From assembly GCA_018240405.1 (NCBI GenBank), contig JAFEFW010000636.1:7788-71787 (forward strand): a DNA stretch of 64,000 nt, written 5' to 3'. The position numbers and the translations under genes were made by a program. The notes under the pieces were generated by a model. It was not told where the DNA came from. It ran no database searches and was given only the letters and a program-made list of their open reading frames with translations. This DNA comes from Pseudomonadota bacterium. GTDB lineage: Bacteria > Pseudomonadota > Alphaproteobacteria > Acetobacterales > Acetobacteraceae. This document shows positions 40,516-49,825 of the stretch, piece by piece (position 1 is the stretch's first letter; each line of letters begins with the position of its first letter).

Positions 40516-41247
40516 GCCGCCGCACGCTCCGGGTGTGGAGGTACAGCCTTGCGGCGCCAGCCGGACGATGATGACGCCGCGCGACACGAAGCGGGCGCTT
40601 TAGCGCAGCCGTTCCCGGACGACAAGCAACAACCCGAACTAACCGACGCCGTTCGCGGTGCTGGCGTGGCCAGTGGCTTCCCACGTGCGGATGGCGCGAC
40701 CGCGCAGACGCCTTCGCCGTGCCCAACCCGCTGAGGGTCATTCTTGCGGGTAGGATGCACGGCTATGTACTCGGCCCTGATATCCGGCCAGGCAGTCACG
40801 CAGACCATTTCTATACGTTCGTCCGCACAAAAACCGACTTAAACTTACGTCTGTATGCATTACGCGGCGTAGCGACGTATCACGCTGGCAACGACACTCC
40901 ACCTGCCTGCGCGATAGGCAATGGCGGTTTCGTGATCGGCTGTGCAACGCTGCGGCGCAGCAAGTGTTTCATACGGAAAAAGCCGCGGTGAAAGCGCAGA
41001 TGCGCGAACAATCCCAGGCGGATGATAGGAAAAGGACGCCTCGCTCAGATAGTTTACAGGAAGATAACGCTCCCAAAAGCATCATCTTCTGGCAATCTGC
41101 ATACCACCCATGCAAAATGAGGATTAACGATTTGCGGGCTGCGGTGCGAGCATAGTTCGAATAAATTTCGCTTTCGGCCTTGCAACGGTTGATGCATGTC
41201 AATGCACAACGAGAAACCGGGGGGTCCGCAACAAGAGGGAACGAGAG

Positions 41248-42192
41248 ATGGGGACTGCCAAGAGCAGCAACGGATCGTCCAAACCCAAGTCAAAGACAGC
41301 GGCTCTCGCTGCCGCTTTTCCAGATGCCTCGCCGCCGGAATACAACATTGCGGTCGTCGATCGCACGCTTGATATCCTGGAAGCCCTTGCCCGCATCGGG
41401 CCCGCGTCCCTCGCCGCCCTGGCTGAGGCCGCCGGGTGCACGCGTACCGCTGGTTTCCGCCTGTTGAGAACATTGCAGTCGCGCGGTTTCGCCATCCAGG
41501 ATGAGGCCCGCGGTCTCTGGCGCCTTGGCGCGCGCTGGAACGTGCTTGGCCGCGCCGCAACAGAGCAGGGCGCGCTGGCTGCCACGGCCATGCCAATCCT
41601 GGCACAGCTTGGCAAAACCACTGGCGAGAACGTGTACCTGGTGGTTCGGGAAGGCATGGAGACCGAGACGGTCGCAATCTATCAAACCGACCCCGCCATC
41701 CGGATGTACTCCGAAGTTGGCAAGCGTGGACCGCTGCATGCCGGTAGCAACCGTCTGCTGCTCGCCTTTGCGCCCGAACCGGTGCAAACGCAGCTGCTCG
41801 CCCGGCGGCTCAATCGCTATACGCCGGCTACAAGGACGGACCCGACCTGGATCGCCGCAGATCTGCAGCGCATCCGCACGCGTGGGTATCTGATCACCTC
41901 CGACGAAGTGGTCGCCGGTGCCGTCGGCATCGCCGCGCCGGTCCGGGATGCCTCGGGCGCCGTGGTCGCCGGGCTCTATATCGCGTCGCCATCGATGCGC
42001 ATGCGCCCGCCACGACCGCGTGCGGTGTTGCCGCAGGTAATCGATGCCGCAAACCGCCTGTCCGAAGCTCTCGGCGCGCCGATGCAGCCCCAGCACAGCG
42101 GCATGATCCACAGCGAAACCACTCCCAAGGGATGGCAAATGGCCCCGGGCGCGATGATCAACCTCGCTCGGCCGCACTCGATTTTCCGGTAG
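41248..42192 (+). CDS. IclR-family transcriptional regulator
   Basis: VVDRTLDILEAL...HTH...LGARW; IRTRGYLITSDE, IAAPVRD effector domain. Confidence 0.92.
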   Translation: MGTAKSSNGSSKPKSKTAALAAAFPDASPPEYNIAVVDRTLDILEALARIGPASLAALAEAAGCTRTAGFRLLRTLQSRGFAIQDEARGLWRLGARWNVLGRAATEQGALAATAMPILAQLGKTTGENVYLVVREGMETETVAIYQTDPAIRMYSEVGKRGPLHAGSNRLLLAFAPEPVQTQLLARRLNRYTPATRTDPTWIAADLQRIRTRGYLITSDEVVAGAVGIAAPVRDASGAVVAGLYIASPSMRMRPPRPRAVLPQVIDAANRLSEALGAPMQPQHSGMIHSETTPKGWQMAPGAMINLARPHSIFR

Positions 42193-42204
42193 CGGATGTG
42201 AAAT

Positions 42205-42333
42205 CAGGGGGCTCTGCCCCCATCGATCCGTTTAGCGGCTCGATCCCTGCAATGGGCGCGTCCCTTTGAATCCACCAACGATTGGGTTCTAAGGGCGTCA
42301 GCCCTTAGCGGGGTCCAGGGGCAGAGCCCCTGG
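42205..42333. repeat. Palindromic MITE/REP-like element between convergent IclR and GNAT genes
   Basis: Terminal inverted repeats CAGGGG(G)CTCTGCCCC (42205-42220) and GGGGCAGAGCCCCTG (42318-42332); internal hairpin CTAAGGGC-GTCA-GCCCTTAG (42289-42308). Confidence 0.65.
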
Positions 42334-42336
42334 CTT

Positions 42337-43326
42337 TTACAGCAACTTCCAGAATAGTGACGTGGCACGCGGGGTACGGCCCGCGTCCAAGGCGTAGCGC
42401 GGGATCTGACCTGCCTCGGTCCAACCGGTGCTGTGGTAAAGTGCGGCGGCGACATCATCCGCGCGGGTGTCGAGCGTCAGCAGGGTGCGGCCGGCGGACC
42501 GCGCCGCCTCCTCCGCCCGCAGCATCAGGGCATGAGCGAGACCGCCACGGCGGGCATCCGGATGCACCAATAGCTTCTGCACCTCGGCACGATGCGGTTG
42601 GTTCTCCGGCATGGCCAGGTCCAGGCTCACGCAGCCGGATAGGATGCCACGACGCCAGCCCGCCAGAAGGATGCGCGTGCCGTTTGCCACCTCACTCGCC
42701 GCTTTGTGCCAGAAGGCGCGGGCTCGCTCGGCGGCCAGCGGTGGCAGGAATGAAACGGACGCGCCCGCGTCGACGCAGGCAACCAGGATCAGGGCCAGCC
42801 GCCGTTCGGCAGCGGTGGAAGCGGCCGCATCAAGGACTTCCACGCCGCCGACCGGCTTGGCGTAGCCGTATTCCAGTGAATTCGATAAATCGTGCAGGAC
42901 CCGGATGCCACCGGCGCGAATGTAGGAGCGCTTTTCGTAGAAGGCATGGGCGCGCTCAAAGCGCGTGTCGGTCCACAGCGTCAGGCGCCGGGCGCCGGCG
43001 GCGATGGTATGTGCCTCGGCGACGTCCAGCAGCGCGTGGCCAAGGCCGGCACCGTGCCAGTCAGGATGAACATAGACCCGGCAGATCTCCCACACGCCCG
43101 CTTCGTCATGATCGGGGCGACAGGCGATCATGCCAACCACCCTGCCCTGCGCCTCGGCCACCCAGAGGGCGCCGCGATAGTAGGTCGCCAGGGCGTTCAG
43201 TTCCGGCATCTCGGCATCGACGTCGAAGACGATGCCGGGATAGGGCTGCCAGCAGGTGCGGATCAGGTCGATCAGGCCGGGCGCATCTTCGTCCCGACCT
43301 GATCGGATGGCCGGCGGAGCGCTCAG
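42337..43326 (-). CDS. Tandem double-GNAT acetyltransferase, 329 aa, probable CTG start
   Basis: GNAT1: EICRVYVHPDWHGAGLG, AHAFYEKRSY; GNAT2: EVQKLLVHPDARRGGLA, LLTLDT, LYHSTGW. The frame is open to a CTG at 43326 that overlaps the upstream TGA. Confidence 0.85.
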   Translation of the reverse strand: MSAPPAIRSGRDEDAPGLIDLIRTCWQPYPGIVFDVDAEMPELNALATYYRGALWVAEAQGRVVGMIACRPDHDEAGVWEICRVYVHPDWHGAGLGHALLDVAEAHTIAAGARRLTLWTDTRFERAHAFYEKRSYIRAGGIRVLHDLSNSLEYGYAKPVGGVEVLDAAASTAAERRLALILVACVDAGASVSFLPPLAAERARAFWHKAASEVANGTRILLAGWRRGILSGCVSLDLAMPENQPHRAEVQKLLVHPDARRGGLAHALMLRAEEAARSAGRTLLTLDTRADDVAAALYHSTGWTEAGQIPRYALDAGRTPRATSLFWKLL

Positions 43327-44525
43327 GTCAGGCCTTCACAAAAAGTCTGGATGCGGCGCAGGCCCTCGACAAGGTCGTCGTCTGCCGTGGCGGTACTGAT
43401 CCGCAGATATGGACTCATATGGTACGCCGCGCCGTGCACAGCGGCGACATACTGCTCCTCCAGCAGCGCCAGACAGACATCCTCGTCGTTGTTCAGCTTG
43501 CGTCCGCCGGTCGTGGTCTTGCCGAGCAGACCGGCAACGTTCGGGAACACATAGAACGCGCCTTCCGGTTTGTGGCAGGAGATGCCCTTTGCCGCGTTCA
43601 GCATCTCCACCGCGACGTCGCGCCGGCGCTTGTAGGCGGTAATCTGCTCGTCCACCCCGTCCTGCGGACCGGTCATCGCTGCCACAGCCGCCGCTTGGCC
43701 AACGGTGGATATGCCGGCCGTCACGTGGCCCTGCATCACCGTCATTGCCTTGATCAGGTTCTTCGGCCCGCCAACGAAGCCGACGCGCCAACCTGTCATG
43801 GCGTAGGTCTTCGACACGCCGCTGACCGTCAGCGTCCTGTCCTTCAGGTCAGGCGCGATCTGCGCCATCGTCGTATGCTTGAACCCGTCGAACACAAGGT
43901 GCTCATACATGTCGTCGGACATGATCCAGACATGCGGGTGCTTGCGCATCACCTTGGCAATTGCCTCCAGTTCCTCGGCGGAGCAGCAGGCGCCGGTCGG
44001 GTTGTTCGGATTATTCAGAATCAACCACTTGGTCTTCGGCGTTATAGCAGCGTCGATATCCTCGGCGCGCGGCTTGAAGCCATTGTTCTGCGGGCAGGTC
44101 ACCAGCACCGGCGTCGCCTCGCAGAGCTGCACCATCTGCGTGTAGGCGATCCAGGACGGCACCGGGATGACGACCTCATCTTCCGGATCAACTGTCGCCA
44201 TGATTGCATTGAAAATGGCCTGTTTGGCTCCGTTCGACACGCAGATCTCGTCCAGCGCGTAGTCCAGGTTCGAGTCTCGCCTGAACTTCGCCTGGATCGC
44301 CTCCTTCAGGGCCCGCGTGCCGTCCTGCGGCGGATATTTCGTATCCCCCTTCAACGCCGCCTGGTGCGCCGCCTCGATTGCGTGCAGCGGAGAGTCAAAA
44401 TTCGGCTCGCCGGTGGTGAGCGTGATCACCGGCTTGCCGGCGGCGCGCAGTTCGCGCGCCTTGATCGTCATCCGGACGGAGGCAGCCAGCTCAACCCTGT
44501 CGAGCCGCGATGCGAAACCGGGCAT
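43323..44525 (-). CDS. PLP-dependent aminotransferase class I/II (paralog 2)
   Basis: GEPNFD, NNPNNPTG, SDDMY, GVSKTYAMTGWRVG, YLRIS; 400 aa. Confidence 0.93.
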   Translation of the reverse strand: MPGFASRLDRVELAASVRMTIKARELRAAGKPVITLTTGEPNFDSPLHAIEAAHQAALKGDTKYPPQDGTRALKEAIQAKFRRDSNLDYALDEICVSNGAKQAIFNAIMATVDPEDEVVIPVPSWIAYTQMVQLCEATPVLVTCPQNNGFKPRAEDIDAAITPKTKWLILNNPNNPTGACCSAEELEAIAKVMRKHPHVWIMSDDMYEHLVFDGFKHTTMAQIAPDLKDRTLTVSGVSKTYAMTGWRVGFVGGPKNLIKAMTVMQGHVTAGISTVGQAAAVAAMTGPQDGVDEQITAYKRRRDVAVEMLNAAKGISCHKPEGAFYVFPNVAGLLGKTTTGGRKLNNDEDVCLALLEEQYVAAVHGAAYHMSPYLRISTATADDDLVEGLRRIQTFCEGLT

Positions 44526-44526
44526 G

Positions 44527-45729
44527 TCAGTGCAATCCCTGGCAGAAGCGCTGGATGCGGGTCATCGCCTCACGCAGCTCTTCGGTGGCGTTGGCGTAAC
44601 TGATGCGGATGTAGCCGGGATAGCAGAACGCTGCGCCGTGCACGGTGGCGACGCCCTCCTCATCCAGCAGCGCGAGCGCGAAGGCCTCGTCGTCGATGAT
44701 CGGCTTGCCACCCTTCGACGTCTTGCCGATGCAGCCCTGGATCGAGGGGTAGACGTAGAACGCGCCGTCAGGCGTCGAACAGTGCACGCCCGGCGCCTGA
44801 TTAAGCATCGACACAACGAGATCGCGCCGCTGTTCGAACACCTGACGCATCTCCTCAACCGATTCCTGCTGTCCGGTCAGCGCCTCGACTGCCGCCGCCT
44901 GGGCAATGGAGTTCGGATTGGAGGTTGACTGGCTCTGCAACTTGTCCATCGCCTTGATCAGCTGGACGGGCCCCCCGGCGAAGCCGATGCGCCAGCCGGT
45001 CATAGCGTAGGCTTTGGAAACGCCGTGCACTGTCAGGGTCCGATCCTTCAGCTTCGGTTCCACCGCGACGATCGTGGACGGCTTGAAGTCGCCGTAGACG
45101 AGGCTGTCATAGATGTCGTCGGTCAGCACCCAGACATGCGGGTGGCGCAGCAGCACGTCGCAGATCGGCCGCAAATCCTTGGCGCTGTAGGCGGCGCCGG
45201 TGGGGTTGCACGGGTTGTTCAGCATGAACCAGCGGGTCTTCGGCGTGATCGCGGCTTCCAGATCCTCGGGCCGCATCTTGAACCCATTGTTCTGGCTGCA
45301 CGGCACCAGCACCGGCTTGCCGTCGGAGAGCGTGACGATGTCCGGATAGCTGACCCAGCAAGGGCTCGGGATGATCACTTCATCGCCGGCGTTCAGCGTG
45401 CCGAGCATGGCGTTGAACAGGACCTGCTTGGCACCGGTGGAGATGATGATCTCCTCCGGCTTGTATTCGATACCGCTGTCGCGCTTGAATTTTTCCGCCA
45501 CTGCCTTGCGCAGTGCCGGGGTGCCCGAGACGTCGGTGTATTTCGTCTGCCCGGTTTCAAGCGCCTTGATGGCGGCGTCCTTGACGTTCCGCGGCGTATC
45601 GAAGTCAGGTTCCCCCTGCGACAGGCTGATCACGTTTTTCCCCTCGGCGATCATCCGGCGGGCCACCGTCGAAATGGCGATGGTCAGGCTAGGCTGGATG
45701 CGGTCGAGGCGTTCGGACGTGAGCGACAT
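44527..45729 (-). CDS. PLP-dependent aminotransferase class I/II, aspartate aminotransferase-like (paralog 1)
   Basis: GEPDFDTP, NNPCNPTGA, TDDIY, GVSKAYAMTGWRIG, YIRISYA; 400 aa. Confidence 0.95.
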   Translation of the reverse strand: MSLTSERLDRIQPSLTIAISTVARRMIAEGKNVISLSQGEPDFDTPRNVKDAAIKALETGQTKYTDVSGTPALRKAVAEKFKRDSGIEYKPEEIIISTGAKQVLFNAMLGTLNAGDEVIIPSPCWVSYPDIVTLSDGKPVLVPCSQNNGFKMRPEDLEAAITPKTRWFMLNNPCNPTGAAYSAKDLRPICDVLLRHPHVWVLTDDIYDSLVYGDFKPSTIVAVEPKLKDRTLTVHGVSKAYAMTGWRIGFAGGPVQLIKAMDKLQSQSTSNPNSIAQAAAVEALTGQQESVEEMRQVFEQRRDLVVSMLNQAPGVHCSTPDGAFYVYPSIQGCIGKTSKGGKPIIDDEAFALALLDEEGVATVHGAAFCYPGYIRISYANATEELREAMTRIQRFCQGLH

Positions 45730-45936
45730 AGGGTTTGAGTCCCGGTGGATGGAAAGCGGCGGAACCTACGCGCGTGCGCGCACGAGGGCAACCAAGACAA
45801 TACGCCGGCAGCGAACGGGTGCCATGCCGTTACGGACGGTCTGCCATAGCCCCCGCTATGCCGCATCGTCCACGCCGCACTGCTGCGGCCAGCGCTAGCG
45901 TGCCTCACAATCCTCGTCCCGATGATATTTATCAGT

Positions 45937-45987
45937 TTCGCACTTAATGCTTTTTCAACTCGATCTTGGCGCTACTTCGCACTTAAT
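45937..45987. repeat. 12-bp perfect direct repeat TTCGCACTTAAT upstream of the Hint-protease gene
   Basis: Copies at 45937-45948 and 45976-45987 (39-bp spacing) in an AT-rich promoter region. Confidence 0.7.
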
Positions 45988-46022
45988 ATAGCAGCGGACC
46001 CAAATATTTCGGATGACCTTCC

Positions 46023-48557
46023 ATGCCAGTCGTGACCGATTACACCGCTCTGCTGAGCGGTAGCTACTGGAACGGTATTGAGGTTCCAGAGCTCGGCGGT
46101 TCGGCCGGCAACCCGGTCATCGTAACCTTCTCCTTTCCCACCTCGTTAACGGCCTACGACGCCGCTATTCCGGGCTTTACGGCCGACACGCTCGCGAGTT
46201 TTACTGCTTTTTCGGCGGCAGAGCAGGCGCAGGCGATCACCGCCCTGAACGAATGGGCAGCCGCCTCCGGTCTCATTTTCGTCCAGGTCGCACCCGGTCA
46301 GGGCGACATCAACTTCACCAATGTCGACCTGAACACATCCAGCTATTCAGGCGCTGGCGGCATCGGCTTCTATCCCTTCGGCAACTGGAATTTCTTCAGC
46401 TACCCGTATTTCACCGGCGACCTGGATTCGTCGGGCGACATCTTCATGAACAGCGCTTTCCAGAACCCGGATGGCACGGTCGCGTACGGGACGCTGCTGC
46501 ATGAGATCGGCCACGCCATTGGCCTGAAGCATCCGACGGAAATCGTTAACGACGCGGCCGCCATCCCGCCGGTCCTGCACGACCAGGTGCTGGCGAGCAA
46601 CGATCCGGCACAGACCATCATGGCAACCGTCGGCGATGAGAACTCGCCTGACGGGCACCTGCATCAACTCGACAAGGACGCAGCCGCGTTCCTGTACGGG
46701 CCGGCCGGCACCGGCGCGGTGGTGACGTCGGCGACGGCCAGCGGCACCAACTCCGTGTCCCAATGGATATGGGATCAAACAACCCAATCGGTCACCCAGA
46801 CTGCGGTCACCACCAGCGCCGTCATCCGCGGCACCTCGGTCAACGACGTCATCATCACACTGACTGGCAACAATCAGATATTCGGCCTGGCAGGCGATGA
46901 CACGCTGAACGGCAACGACGGCAACGACAAGCTGTTCGGTGGTACAGGCGACAACCAGATGTACGGCGGCTTTGGTGACGACGAATACTATGTCGACAAT
47001 ACAATCGACTCCATTTTTGAGGGCTTCGATGAAGGTTATGATAAGGTCTTTGCCTCGGTCAGCTTCACACTGGTGGAGAACCTCGAATTCCTGCAGGTTT
47101 TCGGCCAAGGCCTGACTGCGCACGGCAACAATGAAGGCAACACGATCTACGGTGACGGCACCTACGCCACCACTTTGATCGGCGGAACGGGCATCGACTA
47201 CATTGTTGGCGGCGCTGGCAACGACCAGATTGCCGGCGGTGGGAACATCGATACGTTGTGGGGCCAGGGCGGCGCCGACACGTTCATATTCAACTCGGTG
47301 AACGACGCCCCGACGACCGGTCCTTACCCAACGACCATCGGCGACTTCGATACGACCGAAGACATCATCAACATGTCGGGTATCCTCGACAGCAACGGCC
47401 AGCCGATGCATTTCATCGGTACTGACAGCTTCAACGACGAGCCCGGCGAAGTGCGCTACTCGGCGGATGCATTCAATGACACCCTGGTTGAAGGCGACGT
47501 TGACGGCGACGGTGCGACGGACTTCGTCATCCGGCTGACGGGATTGCGGACGCTGACGAGCAGCAATTTCGTCTTCTCGCCGTTTTGCTTCCTGGCTGGC
47601 ACGCGGATCGCGACCCCGGACGGCGAACAACTGGTGGAGACCCTGGCGCCCGGCGACATGGTCCGCACCGCCAGTGGCAACGACCGCCGCATCGTGTGGA
47701 TCGGACGTGGCCGCCATCGCGCGCATCCCGGCCGCCGCGACGCCGCCAGTCCGGTGTTGATCCGGCGCGGCGCGCTGGCCGACGCGGTGCCGGACCGTGA
47801 CCTGCGTATCACCCGGGCGCATGCCCTGTTTCTCGACGGCATGCTGGTGCCGGCCGAGTATCTGGTGAACCACCGCACCATCCTCTGGGATGGCCACACG
47901 GGCCGCATGGACCTCTATCATATCGAGCTTGAGAGCCACGACGTGCTGATCGCTAACGGCGCGCCGGCCGAGAGCTACCGCGACGATGGCAATCGCTGGC
48001 TGTTCCAGAACGGCAATACCGGCTGGGATCTGCCACCGCAGCTTCCCTGCGTGCCGGTCGTGACCGGCGGTCCGGCGCTGGACGCGCTTTGGCGGCGGCT
48101 GCTGGATCGGGCTGGCCCTGATCCGGACCGGGGCTTGACCGATGACCCCGATCTGCACCTGGTAGTGGACGGCGTGCGCGTCGATGCGGCTGAGCGCTAC
48201 GGCAAGGCCTACAGCTTCCATCTGTTTGCGCCGGCCACCACCGTCCGCCTCTGCTCGCGCGCGGCCTCGCCCCAGGAACTCGGCCTCGCCCGGGATCCGC
48301 GCCGGCTGGGTGTCGCAGTGACCCGGGTCATCGCCTGGCAGGGCGAGTCCCGCCGTATCATCGCCGCGCAGGACCCCGTGCTGGCGCGCGGCTTCCATCC
48401 TTATGAACATTTGGCCGCATATCGCTGGACAGACGGCGATGCGCTGCTGCCACGGGCGTTGTTTGAAGGATGGGAGAGCCCGGTCGAGTTGGTGGTGAAC
48501 CTGACGGGCCGGACCTTTTACCCCCTGCCGGAGGAACCGGCCGCCGCCGCCGCCTGA
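46023..48557 (+). CDS. M10/serralysin-like Zn metalloprotease, RTX Ca-binding repeats, Hint_2 (BIL) domain and C-terminal beta domain
   Basis: [11 protein letters not shown] (His160) with TIM Met-turn; GGxGxD repeats; serralysin C-domain ending [12 protein letters not shown]...SNFVF; Hint begins [11 protein letters not shown] (Cys522), has TRAH and ends ANGAPAES. Confidence 0.9.
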   Translation: MPVVTDYTALLSGSYWNGIEVPELGGSAGNPVIVTFSFPTSLTAYDAAIPGFTADTLASFTAFSAAEQAQAITALNEWAAASGLIFVQVAPGQGDINFTNVDLNTSSYSGAGGIGFYPFGNWNFFSYPYFTGDLDSSGDIFMNSAFQNPDGTVAYGTLLHEIGHAIGLKHPTEIVNDAAAIPPVLHDQVLASNDPAQTIMATVGDENSPDGHLHQLDKDAAAFLYGPAGTGAVVTSATASGTNSVSQWIWDQTTQSVTQTAVTTSAVIRGTSVNDVIITLTGNNQIFGLAGDDTLNGNDGNDKLFGGTGDNQMYGGFGDDEYYVDNTIDSIFEGFDEGYDKVFASVSFTLVENLEFLQVFGQGLTAHGNNEGNTIYGDGTYATTLIGGTGIDYIVGGAGNDQIAGGGNIDTLWGQGGADTFIFNSVNDAPTTGPYPTTIGDFDTTEDIINMSGILDSNGQPMHFIGTDSFNDEPGEVRYSADAFNDTLVEGDVDGDGATDFVIRLTGLRTLTSSNFVFSPFCFLAGTRIATPDGEQLVETLAPGDMVRTASGNDRRIVWIGRGRHRAHPGRRDAASPVLIRRGALADAVPDRDLRITRAHALFLDGMLVPAEYLVNHRTILWDGHTGRMDLYHIELESHDVLIANGAPAESYRDDGNRWLFQNGNTGWDLPPQLPCVPVVTGGPALDALWRRLLDRAGPDPDRGLTDDPDLHLVVDGVRVDAAERYGKAYSFHLFAPATTVRLCSRAASPQELGLARDPRRLGVAVTRVIAWQGESRRIIAAQDPVLARGFHPYEHLAAYRWTDGDALLPRALFEGWESPVELVVNLTGRTFYPLPEEPAAAAA

Positions 48558-48792
48558 CGCCGCGCCGACAATACCTGTGGGCCATGCCAGGTTCGGCTAC
48601 CCGTGGCATGGCCTGATGCCTTCGTTTTGTGCGGGATTTCCGCTGTCGGCCTTGGCGATCACACACCAGGTCCCCTGCGCAATGCACCACAGTCGGCGAC
48701 CGCGACACGCCCGCGCCGCCGGCAGCACAGACCTGTCCGCCGCGGTGGGCGCCATTATTGCTCCCGACTGCTCGCATCGCTATGCACGCGGC

Positions 48793-49719
48793 ATGAACTG
48801 GCTCACCGAATACGTCCGGCCGAAGATCCGCACCCTGTTCACCCGGGAAGTGCCCGAGAATCTCTGGCACCAGTGTCCCGAGTGCCAGCAGATGATCTTC
48901 CATCGCGACTTCGCCGCCACGCGCAAGGTATGCCCACACTGCGGCCACCATATGCGCGCCCTCGCGAAGGAGCGCCTGGAGTGGACCTTCGATCCCGGCA
49001 GCTACACCGTGATCGAATTGCCCAAGCCCGCTGCCGACCCGTTGCGTTTCCGCGACTCAAAGCGCTACGTCGACCGCCTCAAGGAGGCTCGGGAAAAGAC
49101 CCAGAGCGATGACGCCATTGTGGTTGCCCACGGCACGATCCAGGGCCGCAAGGCGGTGGTTGCGGTCATGGATTTTGACTTCATCGGCGGCTCGATGGGC
49201 GCCGCGGTGGGCGAGGCGATCGTCGCCGGCGCTCGTCTTGCCACGCTGCAGCAGTCCGCGTTCATCGTATTCACGGCATCCGGAGGCGCCCGGATGATGG
49301 AAGGCGCCATCAGCCTGATGCAGATGCCTCGCACCGTGATCGCGGCGCAGATCGTCAAGGATGCGAAACTGCCGTTCATTATCGTGCTGACCGACCCCAC
49401 CACCGGCGGCGTGACCGCAAGCTTTGCTATGCTGGGCGACATCCAGATCGCCGAACCCGGGGCAATGATCGGCTTCGCGGGATCGCGCGTGATCGAACAG
49501 ACAGTGCGCGAAAAACTCCCGGAAGGATTCCAGCGCGCCGAGTACCTCCTGGAGCACGGCATCATCGACATGGTGGTGAAGCGCGACGACATGCCGGCCA
49601 CGCTGGCGCGCCTGATTGGACTCCTGAAACCGAACGAGCCGCCGATCGCGCTGCCGGCGCCGGCAGCGCCCGCCCCGGCGCCGGAGGTGATCGGTACGCC
49701 TTCCCCGGTAGCGCAATGA
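48793..49719 (+). CDS. accD: Acetyl-CoA carboxylase carboxyltransferase beta subunit
   Basis: Start [12 protein letters not shown]; CxxC...CxxC ribbon; [38 protein letters not shown]. Confidence 0.97.
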   Translation: MNWLTEYVRPKIRTLFTREVPENLWHQCPECQQMIFHRDFAATRKVCPHCGHHMRALAKERLEWTFDPGSYTVIELPKPAADPLRFRDSKRYVDRLKEAREKTQSDDAIVVAHGTIQGRKAVVAVMDFDFIGGSMGAAVGEAIVAGARLATLQQSAFIVFTASGGARMMEGAISLMQMPRTVIAAQIVKDAKLPFIIVLTDPTTGGVTASFAMLGDIQIAEPGAMIGFAGSRVIEQTVREKLPEGFQRAEYLLEHGIIDMVVKRDDMPATLARLIGLLKPNEPPIALPAPAAPAPAPEVIGTPSPVAQ

Positions 49720-49825
49720 TCAGCGGTTTCATCCCGTGACCATCACGGGAAAGTGACGTTTTTCTCCTGCCATTTGGATATTCGCCAAGCGTAGATATTC
49801 CGGGTCCCAGGCACGGAATATCGTA

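Noticed and set aside
40516-41247. Short ORFs or an ncRNA between tRNA-Leu and IclR
   Set aside because: None of the overlapping ORFs has a convincing RBS, motif or composition, and no recognisable RNA structure was found.
45967-45982. Sigma54 promoter (TGGCGC...GC) upstream of the Hint gene
   Set aside because: GG-to-GC spacing is 9 nt; sigma54 requires 10.
47586-47975. Canonical splicing intein
   Set aside because: No C-terminal His-Asn and no homing endonuclease; it fits a B-type bacterial intein-like Hint domain.
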